Assembly (NCBI GenBank): GCA_965224465.1
Contig: OZ245049.1
Span: 1-32,000, forward strand
Origin: Flavobacteriaceae bacterium
GTDB lineage: Bacteria > Bacteroidota > Bacteroidia > Flavobacteriales > Flavobacteriaceae
Direction: 5' to 3'
DNA length: 32,000 nt
Made by a program: the position numbers and the translations under genes. Numbering within the stretch: the stretch's first letter is position 1; each line of letters begins with the position of its first letter. Shown piece after piece: positions 18,717 through 27,317 of the stretch. Below the pieces are notes generated by a model. That model was not told the DNA's origin. It made no database searches and saw nothing but the letters and a program-made list of their open reading frames with translations.

Positions 18717-21194
18717 TTATAGCATTCCTCCTTCGTTATCACTTCTTTCAGTAGATCCACTTCGTTTTCTTTTCTTTTTTTGTTTGAATCTATAGGTGAA
18801 TGTTGCCGTTATTTGACGTTCCCTCCATTGGTATTCTCCTTTTGTGATAGTTGTAGCCGTATAGTTTGTAGACTGTCTTTTACGTGTGTTGAATAAATCA
18901 CTTATATTTATGGATAATGTTCCATTATTCTTTAAGATATCTTTACTAAATGCCATACTTACCGATGCCATCCCTTTTTTATTTGATAACGCTGTTTTTC
19001 TGGGTGCTTTATACATAGCTCGTGTTTGCCATTCTATGTTTGCAGGTAATTTAACGCGTGCGGTTAATCGGGTAAACCAGCTGGTATTTTTAGTTGTATA
19101 ATCTACTATTATTTCTTCGTTATTTTGATTGGTATAGATATCAACTCCATTTGTTTCGAATTGATAAAAGTTAAAACTAGATGATAAGCGTAATGTTTTA
19201 AATGGATGGTAGTTGGCTGTAAATTCAAAACCGATGCGATCCTGTGAACTTAAATTAATAGGTTTTCTGATAATTACCAAGGTTTCATTAGTTCCGTTAT
19301 TATCTAAGTCTCTCATTTCTTCTCGTTGCACCATTTCGTAGTTATGAATAGAATGATTGTAGTATACCGAGGTGTTCATGCTTAGTAGATTCCATTTTTT
19401 TAAATAGCCTATTTCAAAAGAATTTGAATATGAGGGATCTAAAGCTACGTTTCCTGTATAGATGTATGTTTCGCTGGTACGTGACTCAAAAGGGTTTAAG
19501 AACCAATGTCTAGGTCTTCTTAATCTGCGGCTGTATCCAATGTTAATATTTTCGGTATCGTTTAGTTCGTAGCCTAAATTTAGGGTAGGGAACAATTCAG
19601 TATATTTTTTTTTGTACGTTTTATTGGAGACCTCTATCAATCTATTTGTAATTTCTGCACGGAGACCAAATAGATAGGAGAATTTATTAAATGTACTTCC
19701 GTATTGTGAATAAACAGCGTAAATATCTTGGTTAAATGTAAGCGAATTTGAAAAATCGGTATTGTTTGAATACGTTCCAGTGTCTTGGTCGTAGTCTTCT
19801 ACAAGGTAGTTTGAGTTTAATCGATTAAAATCACCTTTAAAACCAAATTCAAATTGTGAGTTTTTACCTATAGGTAGTACGTAATCTCCTTTTAATAAAT
19901 AATCTTTTGACAGTTCACCTGTGGAGGTTCGTTCAGAAATATCGCTTCTTACTATGGGGAAATATAAATGCTCAAAAATAGTGGATTTTTCGTTCTCTTT
20001 GCTTTTGTTGTACTGTGCATCTAGGGTTAGTTTGTGTCCTTTATCGTTAAAATCTTTGGTGTAATTTACAGATGCTTGGTATGTTTTATCTGTTTTGTTT
20101 TTTGAATCTAGCCTGTCTTTTTTAGAGGTTGTCACTTTATTTATATCTAATTCAAGAATTGAGTTTGTAGATACATCAGTATTCTTAGATTTTTTATAAA
20201 TACCAGATAATGTAATGTTACTATTTCGAGATATAAAAACTTCCATCCCTCCATTAGCAAAAAATTTAGTGCGATCTCTGTCGTATTTTCTGTCTTCGTT
20301 TCTGTAATTAGAGGGAATTCCTTTTTTTAAATAGGTTACATTGCTGTTAGAGTGCCCTGGAGTTTTTTGATCACTATAACCTATGTTTGAAAAGAAATTA
20401 ACTTTTCGAGATCTGTAATTTAAGTTTATATTATTGCTTAGTTTGTAAGGGTTTCCTGCACTTATACTAGTAGATCCATTAAAACCTAATGCCTTTCCTT
20501 TTCTTAAAATGATATTGATAATTCCTGCAGTACCTTCGGCTGCGTATCGGGCAGAAGGGCTGGTTATAACTTCTACTTTCTGGATTGCATCTGCGGGGAG
20601 TTGGCGCAAGGCATCTGTACCACTCAATCCTACGAGTCCAGAGGGTTTTCCGTTGATCAAAATTCGGACATTTTCGTTTCCTCTCAAACTTACTTTACCT
20701 TGTACATCTACTGTTACAGATGGTACGTTGTCCAAGACATCGGAAGCAGATCCTCCCTTTACTGTCATGTCTTTTCCTACATTGTATATTTTTTTGTCTA
20801 ACCGTATTTCTACGGTGCTTTTTTCTGCTATAATTTCAACAACGTCCAGTACTTCTGAATTGGCGTGTAAAGAAATTACACCAAGATTTAGGGAACTATT
20901 GATGGTGTGCGTCGCGAGTATTTTAGTTTTAAAAGAGATGTATTCGATAGCAATTTTATACGTTCCTTTTTGAATGTTTATGCTGAAATCCCCATGGATA
21001 TCGGTGATTCCTCCAGTAATTCTTTTCCCTTTAAGAGGAGTGAAAATTACAGTTGCGTATTCCAAGGCTTGTTTGGAATCATTATCTATCACATTTCCTG
21101 TTACGGTATAGGTAGGTGGCTTTTTTGATTGCCTTTGTGAGAACATTGAAATTGAAATAAAACAGCAAATGGCTGCGAATAATATATTTTTCAT
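18717..21194 (-). CDS. outer membrane beta-barrel protein, TonB-dependent-receptor-like (CarboxypepD_reg-like N-domain, Plug-like region, beta-barrel)
   Basis: I prefer the ATG at 21194 (MKNILFAAICCFISISMFSQ signal peptide) over the track start at 21245. YTVTGNVIDNDSKQALEYATV matches the CarboxypepD_reg pattern and DVLDNVPSVTVDVQGKVSLRG is Plug-like. The barrel ends in TFTYRF followed by a basic tail. Confidence 0.88.
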   Translation of the reverse strand: MKNILFAAICCFISISMFSQRQSKKPPTYTVTGNVIDNDSKQALEYATVIFTPLKGKRITGGITDIHGDFSINIQKGTYKIAIEYISFKTKILATHTINSSLNLGVISLHANSEVLDVVEIIAEKSTVEIRLDKKIYNVGKDMTVKGGSASDVLDNVPSVTVDVQGKVSLRGNENVRILINGKPSGLVGLSGTDALRQLPADAIQKVEVITSPSARYAAEGTAGIINIILRKGKALGFNGSTSISAGNPYKLSNNINLNYRSRKVNFFSNIGYSDQKTPGHSNSNVTYLKKGIPSNYRNEDRKYDRDRTKFFANGGMEVFISRNSNITLSGIYKKSKNTDVSTNSILELDINKVTTSKKDRLDSKNKTDKTYQASVNYTKDFNDKGHKLTLDAQYNKSKENEKSTIFEHLYFPIVRSDISERTSTGELSKDYLLKGDYVLPIGKNSQFEFGFKGDFNRLNSNYLVEDYDQDTGTYSNNTDFSNSLTFNQDIYAVYSQYGSTFNKFSYLFGLRAEITNRLIEVSNKTYKKKYTELFPTLNLGYELNDTENINIGYSRRLRRPRHWFLNPFESRTSETYIYTGNVALDPSYSNSFEIGYLKKWNLLSMNTSVYYNHSIHNYEMVQREEMRDLDNNGTNETLVIIRKPINLSSQDRIGFEFTANYHPFKTLRLSSSFNFYQFETNGVDIYTNQNNEEIIVDYTTKNTSWFTRLTARVKLPANIEWQTRAMYKAPRKTALSNKKGMASVSMAFSKDILKNNGTLSINISDLFNTRKRQSTNYTATTITKGEYQWRERQITATFTYRFKQKKKRKRSGSTERSDNEGGML

Positions 21195-21558
21195 CTGTTG
21201 ATTAATTGGTGTCTTTGTTCTACTAAAGACTGTCGGAAATAACAAAGGTTTAAACGTATAATGTTAAAGATAACTTAAATTTATTTATGGGTATTCAAAC
21301 AATAAGCTTTCTATAAGGCTGCGAGGGATTTATTTTGAGCCATTGCTTGTTTTTATAGGCTTATCCTCAGTGTTCTAAGTATTTAATAAGGGGTTGGAAC
21401 AGTAACGAATAGATGTGATTTTGTCCATATATTTATGCTAGGACTATTGTTTAGGAAAAGAGAGAGCAAGTAGGAGTCAACAAAATCAGTGATGCGACTA
21501 GTCTTTATGTATAAAACAGAAAACAGCCCATTTGGAATTGTATTTTACATCCATCTAA

Positions 21559-21879
21559 TACCAAATATATTTCCAAGTGATGGTTTAGAAATGGAATTAT
21601 TTTTTGTTCTACCAATTAAATTTCCAAGAGACGGTTTAGAAATAGAATTATTTTTTGTTCTAGCTAGGCGGAAAATCTAAGGATAGCCTTAGCTATCGTT
21701 CTATTTTTTAACAACGCTAGCACATAAAATAAACTATTTATATCGGTCATTTTGGATATTAATTGGTAGTATAGCTAGGTAGAAAATAGATGGATAGTCT
21801 TAGCTATCAGTCTGTTTTTTCAATAGCGATAGCGTGTAAAATAAACTATTTATATCGATCATTTTGGATTGTAATTGGT
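21559..21879 (+). repeat. A/B mosaic repeat, locus 3: tandem array B-B-A-A
   Basis: B1 is 21559-21610, B2 is 21611-21661, A1 is 21662-21767 and A2 is 21768-21879. Unit B is about ACCAATTAAATTTCCAAGNGANGGTTTAGAAATAGAATTATTTTTTGTTCT. Unit A is about (AGTAT)AGCTAGGCGGAAAAT..GGATAGCCTTAGCTATCG..CAACAACGCTAGCACATAAAATAAACTATTTATATCGGTCATTTTGGAT..TAATTGGT. Confidence 0.92.
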
Positions 21880-22172
21880 GTAAGCTCTTAAATTCTCATC
21901 ATTATATTAAATTATTTTTTAAAAGATAAAATAGCATAGCCTTTGTTGTGGCAATCAATTTTTACAAACAGGATGATAAAAAGAAATCATATAATGCGAC
22001 ATTGTAAAGTTAAATGGGTAGTACTAAGCTTTATGAGCTGTAAAAAGGAGTAGAAGAATTATAAAAACGTCAAGGGTGGAAATTCCTCTATAAATATAAA
22101 GAAGAATTTATAGAGGAATGCTATCGAAATCTATTGATTTTCTTAAATCAATTTAGATAAAGACTTGCTTTT

Positions 22173-22198
22173 AAAAAAAAACACATCTGATAATGTGT
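22173..22198 (-). terminator. rho-independent terminator after the ArsC-family gene
   Basis: On the minus strand, acacat-tatcag-atgtgt is followed by a T9 run (A9 at 22173-22181 on the + strand). Confidence 0.65.
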
Positions 22199-22224
22199 GC
22201 TTTAACGTGCTGTGTTGATTCGTA

Positions 22225-22563
22225 TTAAAGGATGTTTTTTACGTTTTCTAAAGGTCTTGCAATGGCTGCCTTTCCATTTGTTACTACAATAGGACGTTCT
22301 ATTAGTTTAGGGTTGTTAAGCATGGCAGTAATTATTTCACCATCACTCATTTTTTTTCCTTTAAACTGTTCTTTCCAGATAGTTTCTCCTTTGCGTACAA
22401 GTTGTATAGGTGTAATTCCAAGCATGTGTATGATTGCTGTCAATTCTTCTTTTGAAGGTGGGGTTTCGAGGTAATTAATCACTTCAAAGTCTTGTTTAGT
22501 TTCTTCTAGAAAAGCCAAGCATTGACGACTTTTACTACATCTATTATTGTGGTATATTTTCAT
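22225..22563 (-). CDS. ArsC-family (YfgD-like) thioredoxin-fold protein
   Basis: MKIYHNNRCSKSRQCLAFLEE matches the HNPRCSKSR-type motif of the ArsC/YfgD family. The ATG at 22563 is preferred over the TTG at 22584. It lies 39 nt downstream of the preceding outer membrane protein gene. Confidence 0.85.
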   Translation of the reverse strand: MKIYHNNRCSKSRQCLAFLEETKQDFEVINYLETPPSKEELTAIIHMLGITPIQLVRKGETIWKEQFKGKKMSDGEIITAMLNNPKLIERPIVVTNGKAAIARPLENVKNIL

Positions 22564-22602
22564 AGGTAATCGTATATCTGACAAAATTACATTAAAAAAG
22601 AG

Positions 22603-24981
22603 TTAAAATTGTGGGGTTTGGTCTTTTTTAGTGAAATTGATTTTTTGTTTATTTTTTAGTTGATTGAATCTATAGGTAAATGATACTAAGTAGGTAGGGT
22701 ATTGGTTTTTTATACGGGCTACAGAGGTGTAGTAATTATTAAAATAGGTACGCCTGGTACGGTTAGAATTAAAAACATCATTTGTAGTAAAACTTATGGT
22801 TCCGTTTGTATTCATTACTTCTTTTGAAAGACTTAAGGTGGCGTAGCTAAAGTTTTTCCGTTTAGAAACAGGGCCGTTGGAATCAAGACTGTGGTATAGT
22901 TGGTTTTGTAGATTGAATCCTTTTGCAATTGTAAAACGTGTGATTAGGCTAAAATCTGCATTGTTGTTTTTATGCTTATAATCGATTGTAATAGGAGTGT
23001 CTGCCGTGTTTGTAATATTGAATTTACCATGGTTTACTAAATGGATCAAATTGGTATTGAAAGTGAAGTTTAATTTGTTTGACGCACGGTACATGGCGGT
23101 GATATTGGCAACATAATAATTTGTACTCCCTACATTAAAGGGTTGGGTAATTAGGATAGGAACTCCGTTTATAGATGTACCATTGTCGTAGGTTACATTA
23201 CGCCATATGTCCTTGAAATACGAATATTTAAGACTTGGTCTAAAGGTGAAATTAGATTTTGAATAGGTGTATGTAATGGCATAATTATAGATAAAAATAG
23301 GTGCTAATTTGGGGTTTCCTCTAAAGGAGCTCGTTTCGCTTGTAACTTGATTAAAAGGTTGTATTTTGTAGAATGATGGTCTGCCAATTTTGGTGTTATA
23401 ATCAAAGGTTATATTGGAATAATCAGTCAATTCTTTTTGAATGTATACAACAGGGAAAAGATTGTTGTAGTTGCGTTTTTGAATGGTATTTTCTGTGATG
23501 TAATTAGTCTTAATCTTGAAAAATTCTGCGCGAATTCCTGTACCTATATACCAACTGTCTTTTTCGTATTCAAATTCAAAGAAGCCTGCGTAATTTGTTT
23601 CTTGATATTTTAATTCCCAATCTCTTGTGTTGCTGTAATGATTAAAAGGAACGGCTCCAAATTCAGCATCATAGCCAAAGGTTAAGGTAGATGTTTTAGA
23701 TAAGCCCTGTGTGAATTTAGTGGAAATTTGTGTGTTTTTTAAGTAGTTTTTGTCTAGTGTATTGGCTATTTTTAATGTGCTATTGGAATTGGAAAATCTA
23801 TTTTGATATTTTTCCTTATCTAATGTTTGACTCAGTGCGACTAAAAAAGTTCCATTAGTTGAAAATTGATGCTCTATGTCTATTTGTGCTTCTAAAATAT
23901 AATCCTTATAATTGTTTGTCTTGTCTAATTTGTTATATGTTGTAAGTAGATTGCCTTCTTGATTAAATAGGGTGTTTGTTTGAGTGAAGGCATTTTTTTT
24001 GATTGTATATAAATTAATGTTCGTATTTACATGGGTGCGATCACTTACATTAAATGTTGCGCCTACATTTGCAAAGTAGGTGTCCTTAGTATTGTCATAA
24101 AGAATTTTTTGATGTAAGTAAGACTGTGATTCTCCAAGGTTGTTATAGTATTCGTTTTGGTAAGCGCTGTTTAAATAATTCTTTTTTCTAGCACTTGAAA
24201 TGTTTGCGTAAAAGTTTATTTTTTTTGTTTTATGATGTATGTTTACCAATATTCCATAGTAATTTTTATAGCCAATAGTGCTAGTTACACTACCGTGTAA
24301 GCCATTGTTTTTTCCTCTTTTTAAAATTATATTTATAATGGCTTGGTCGTTGGCATTGTATTGAGCTCCGGGGTGAGAGATAACATCAATTTTTTTAATG
24401 GAAGCGGCACTAATTGTTTTTAAAACATCACTTTTACTCAGCGCACTTTTTTTACCATTGATCAATATAGTTGCTGTTTTATAGCCATCTACGGTTACTG
24501 TTCCAGTATTGTTGGTGTGGACAGTTGGAATGTTGTTTAATATTTCTAAGGCATTGTTGCCTTTGGAAGAGATGTCTTTGGAAGTAATGAGACTTATTTT
24601 TCGGTTGCGTATTTGTATTGATTTTTGACTCGTCACTACTACTTCATGGAGTTGTTCTTTAGCAGGTTTTAAATATATTTTACCTAAAGATTTATTTATA
24701 GAAACTGATAATGAACTTGTCTGCTGTTGGAATCCAAGGTATTCAATAGTAATTTGATAATTTCCTTTTTTGATTTCAACAAGAAATTTCCCTTTTGAGT
24801 TTGTCAATGCACCTAAAAATATACGTTTATTTGTACTGTCTTTAAAAGTGATAGTGGCATATTCTAAAGGAGTTTTTGTTTCGGAATCCAAAACAATTCC
24901 TTCTATTTGAACCAAAGAAGATTGTTGAGAAAAACTTGTAAAAAACACGAATAGAAGTGCAGAAAAACTAAGAAATTTCAT
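22603..24981 (-). CDS. outer membrane beta-barrel protein, paralog of 18717-21194
   Basis: Signal peptide MKFLSFSALLFVFFTSFSQ and the same domain order as the paralog (IEGIVLDSETKTPLEYATITF; ALEILNNIPTVHTNNTGTVTVDG). The barrel ends in SFTYRF followed by a basic tail. Confidence 0.88.
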   Translation of the reverse strand: MKFLSFSALLFVFFTSFSQQSSLVQIEGIVLDSETKTPLEYATITFKDSTNKRIFLGALTNSKGKFLVEIKKGNYQITIEYLGFQQQTSSLSVSINKSLGKIYLKPAKEQLHEVVVTSQKSIQIRNRKISLITSKDISSKGNNALEILNNIPTVHTNNTGTVTVDGYKTATILINGKKSALSKSDVLKTISAASIKKIDVISHPGAQYNANDQAIINIILKRGKNNGLHGSVTSTIGYKNYYGILVNIHHKTKKINFYANISSARKKNYLNSAYQNEYYNNLGESQSYLHQKILYDNTKDTYFANVGATFNVSDRTHVNTNINLYTIKKNAFTQTNTLFNQEGNLLTTYNKLDKTNNYKDYILEAQIDIEHQFSTNGTFLVALSQTLDKEKYQNRFSNSNSTLKIANTLDKNYLKNTQISTKFTQGLSKTSTLTFGYDAEFGAVPFNHYSNTRDWELKYQETNYAGFFEFEYEKDSWYIGTGIRAEFFKIKTNYITENTIQKRNYNNLFPVVYIQKELTDYSNITFDYNTKIGRPSFYKIQPFNQVTSETSSFRGNPKLAPIFIYNYAITYTYSKSNFTFRPSLKYSYFKDIWRNVTYDNGTSINGVPILITQPFNVGSTNYYVANITAMYRASNKLNFTFNTNLIHLVNHGKFNITNTADTPITIDYKHKNNNADFSLITRFTIAKGFNLQNQLYHSLDSNGPVSKRKNFSYATLSLSKEVMNTNGTISFTTNDVFNSNRTRRTYFNNYYTSVARIKNQYPTYLVSFTYRFNQLKNKQKINFTKKDQTPQF

Positions 24982-25118
24982 AAAAAAATCTATTATTATT
25001 GTTATAATATTAGTTGTTAGAGTTACAATTTGAGGTAAAACTACACTTATTCTTAGTACTTTATTCGTTAATTACAGATTTTTTATAATAAAAATACAAT
25101 CTAGTCTTAAATTGTGTT

Positions 25119-26216
25119 TTAGATGTTTGTTTTTTGACCTGCTGCCATTAAAAATGATTTTATAAAACCATCTATTTCTCCATTCATCACCGCATCTATA
25201 TTTCCAGTTTCAAAACCTGTACGCACGTCTTTTACTAATTTGTATGGATGCATTACATAATTCCGTATTTGAGAACCAAAATCGATTTTCATTTTACTAG
25301 CCTCTATTTTTTCACGTTCTGCCCGTTGTTTTGCTAATTCTATTTCATATAATTGAGATTTTAGCAATTGCATCGCTTTGGTCTTATTCTCTAATTGTGA
25401 TCTGGTTTCAGAATTTTCAATCATAATTCCAGAAGGTTTGTGTCGCAATCGAACAGCTGTTTCAATTTTATTAACTCCTTGTCCTCCAGCGCCACTAGAA
25501 CGCATAGTTTCCCATGTGATGTCAGAAGGGTCGATGTCTATTTCGATGCTGTCATCTGCCAATGGGTATACATAGACGGAAGCAAAGGAAGTATGTCTTT
25601 TTGAGTTGCTGTCAAAAGGAGAGATACGCACCAAACGATGCACTCCATTTTCACCTTTTAGATAACCAAAGGAAAATTCACCGTCTATTTCTATAGTGAC
25701 GGTTTTTATACCTGTGACATCACCAGCTTGGTAGTTGAGTTCTTTGGTTTTGTAACCTTGTTTTTCGCTCCACATTAAATACATACGTAAAAGCATTTCT
25801 GCCCAATCACAACTTTCTGTACCTCCAGCTCCAGCGGTAATTTGAAGTACAGCGCTTAAACTGTCTCCTTCGTCAGAAAGCATGTTTTTAAACTCTAAAT
25901 TTTCTATGAGCTCGATGGTCAGGTTGTAAGCAGTTTCTACTTCGGAAGCTTCGACTTCTTCTTCGGCGAAAAACTCTAGCAGCACGGAAACATCTTCAAA
26001 TTTAACATTTATATCGTCAAAATCTATGACCCATTTTTTTACCAAACGCAATTGTTTCATTACTATTTCGGCTTGTTTTGGGGTGTTCCAGAACGTAGGG
26101 TCGGAGATTTTTTCTTCTTGATTGTTAATTTCAATCAATTTGTTGTCAATGTCAAGGTAAGTTTTTAACTTGCCAATACGTTCTTTTAATTTTAATAAAT
26201 GGTCGTTTGTTATCAT
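25119..26216 (-). CDS. prfB: peptide chain release factor 2
   Basis: SPF motif (RISPFDSNSKRHTSFA) and GGQ motif (SSGAGGQGVNK). The start is taken at MITNDHLLKLKERIG (cat 26214-26216). The track extension to 26264 would overlap ltaE and contains the -7 box. Confidence 0.93.
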   Translation of the reverse strand: MITNDHLLKLKERIGKLKTYLDIDNKLIEINNQEEKISDPTFWNTPKQAEIVMKQLRLVKKWVIDFDDINVKFEDVSVLLEFFAEEEVEASEVETAYNLTIELIENLEFKNMLSDEGDSLSAVLQITAGAGGTESCDWAEMLLRMYLMWSEKQGYKTKELNYQAGDVTGIKTVTIEIDGEFSFGYLKGENGVHRLVRISPFDSNSKRHTSFASVYVYPLADDSIEIDIDPSDITWETMRSSGAGGQGVNKIETAVRLRHKPSGIMIENSETRSQLENKTKAMQLLKSQLYEIELAKQRAEREKIEASKMKIDFGSQIRNYVMHPYKLVKDVRTGFETGNIDAVMNGEIDGFIKSFLMAAGQKTNI

Positions 26217-26232
26217 TTTAAGGTATAAAAGA

Positions 26233-26240
26233 CAAATGTA
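26233..26240 (-). promoter_or_regulatory. Bacteroidetes-type -7 box TACATTTG upstream of prfB
   Basis: Exact TAnnTTTG match on the minus strand, 16 nt from the ATG at 26216, inside the 42-bp prfB/ltaE divergent spacer. Confidence 0.45.
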
Positions 26241-26258
26241 ACTTTTCAAATCGATATA

Positions 26259-27278
26259 ATGCAAATAAATTTAATAAGTGATACCGTAACAGTACCGTCG
26301 GAAGGGATGTTAAAAGCGATGATGCAAGCAAAAGTAGGAGACGATGTGTTTAAAACGGATCCAACGGTAAATGCTTTGGAAGCGAAGATGGCAGCTGAAT
26401 TTGGGATGGAAGCTGCCTTGTTTTTTCCTTCGGGAACTATGGCTAACCAAACGGCTATAAAAGTACATACGCAACCCGCAGAACAAGTGATTTGTGACAA
26501 ATGGGCGCATATTTTTAATTTTGAAGGTGGGGGTGCTGCTTTTAATGCAGGCGTTTCTTGTAGTTTGATAGATGGGGATAGAGGGATGTTTACCGCTTCA
26601 CAAGTTGAGGAGCGTGTAAGTGATCGCGAAAATTATCATTTGGCAATTACATCTTTGGTATCCGTAGAGAATACAACAAATAAAGGAGGGGGTGCTTGTT
26701 GGGATTTTGATGAATTAAAAAAAATAAAAGAAGTTTGTGATCGTCAGGATTTAAAATTTCATTTGGATGGTGCTAGATTGTACAATGCATTAGTGGCTAA
26801 GAATCAAACTCCAGCACAGTACGGAAAAGTATTTGATACTATTTCTATTTGTTTATCTAAAGGGTTGGGGGCTCCTGTGGGTTCTGTTTTATTAGGGACT
26901 GCTCAGGAAATGAAAAAAGCATTAAGAGTCCGTAAGTTATTTGGTGGAGGTATGCGTCAAGCAGGTTTTTTAGCAGCAGCAGGGATTTATGCCTTAGATA
27001 CGAATGTACAACGTTTGGAAGAAGATCATATACATGCAAAAGCCTTGGGCATATCTTTAGAGCGATGTTCTAAAGTAGCTAGTGTAGAAAAGATAGAAAC
27101 AAATATTGTTATTTTTTATACACATAAAAACGTAAAAGACGATGCATTTGTAAATACTCTAAAAGAGAAAGGAATTCTTATGATTTCTATGGGGGAAGGG
27201 AAGTTGAGAATGGTAACTCATCTTAATTTTACAAAAGAAATGTTAATCTATGTTCAAAATATATTGGAAAATATGTAA
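26259..27278 (+). CDS. ltaE: low-specificity L-threonine aldolase (PLP-dependent)
   Basis: LISDTVTVPSEGMLKAMMQAKVGDDVFKTDPTVNALE and FFPSGTMANQ blocks are typical of the family. Confidence 0.9.
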   Translation: MQINLISDTVTVPSEGMLKAMMQAKVGDDVFKTDPTVNALEAKMAAEFGMEAALFFPSGTMANQTAIKVHTQPAEQVICDKWAHIFNFEGGGAAFNAGVSCSLIDGDRGMFTASQVEERVSDRENYHLAITSLVSVENTTNKGGGACWDFDELKKIKEVCDRQDLKFHLDGARLYNALVAKNQTPAQYGKVFDTISICLSKGLGAPVGSVLLGTAQEMKKALRVRKLFGGGMRQAGFLAAAGIYALDTNVQRLEEDHIHAKALGISLERCSKVASVEKIETNIVIFYTHKNVKDDAFVNTLKEKGILMISMGEGKLRMVTHLNFTKEMLIYVQNILENM

Positions 27279-27317
27279 GGCTTGTTTAAATGTATCGACC
27301 ATTTAATAAAAAAAATA

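Noticed and set aside
21195-21558. Possible riboswitch or leader RNA upstream of the first outer membrane protein gene, since cobalamin and other riboswitches often precede TonB-dependent receptors.
   Set aside because: I found no B12 box (GCCACTG-like) or other riboswitch core that I recognise. There are only short alternative hairpins (ctttgtt/aacaaag, gtcttt/aaagac) near the start codon. An Rfam scan would be needed to exclude it formally.
21489-21680. 63-aa ORF with an internally repeated peptide (FPSDGLEMELFFVL / FPRDGLEIELFFVL). A similar peptide appears at the end of ORF 11464-11982.
   Set aside because: It is simply the translation of tandem B repeat units. One of the five B copies (30049-30099) has a stop in this frame, there is no plausible start context, and a 17-codon open stretch is uninformative.
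21559-21879. Possible CRISPR array, given tandem repeats in a gene-free region.
   Set aside because: The units are of two different types and lengths and are directly abutting, with no unique spacers. There is no regular periodicity and no cas genes in the window.
21931-22011. 26-aa basic micro-ORF (MIKRNHIMRHCKVKWVVLSFMSCKKE) in the gene-free gap, and an 18-20 aa hydrophobic micro-ORF near 18041.
   Set aside because: They have no promoter box or terminator, and nothing I can assess for conservation. ORFs of this length are expected by chance.
26151-26159. Programmed +1 frameshift site in prfB.
   Set aside because: The homologous position reads TAC CTT GAC (Y20-L21-D22) in a single continuous frame, not CTT TGA C. 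RF2 is encoded here without the autoregulatory frameshift, so there is no recoding event to report.
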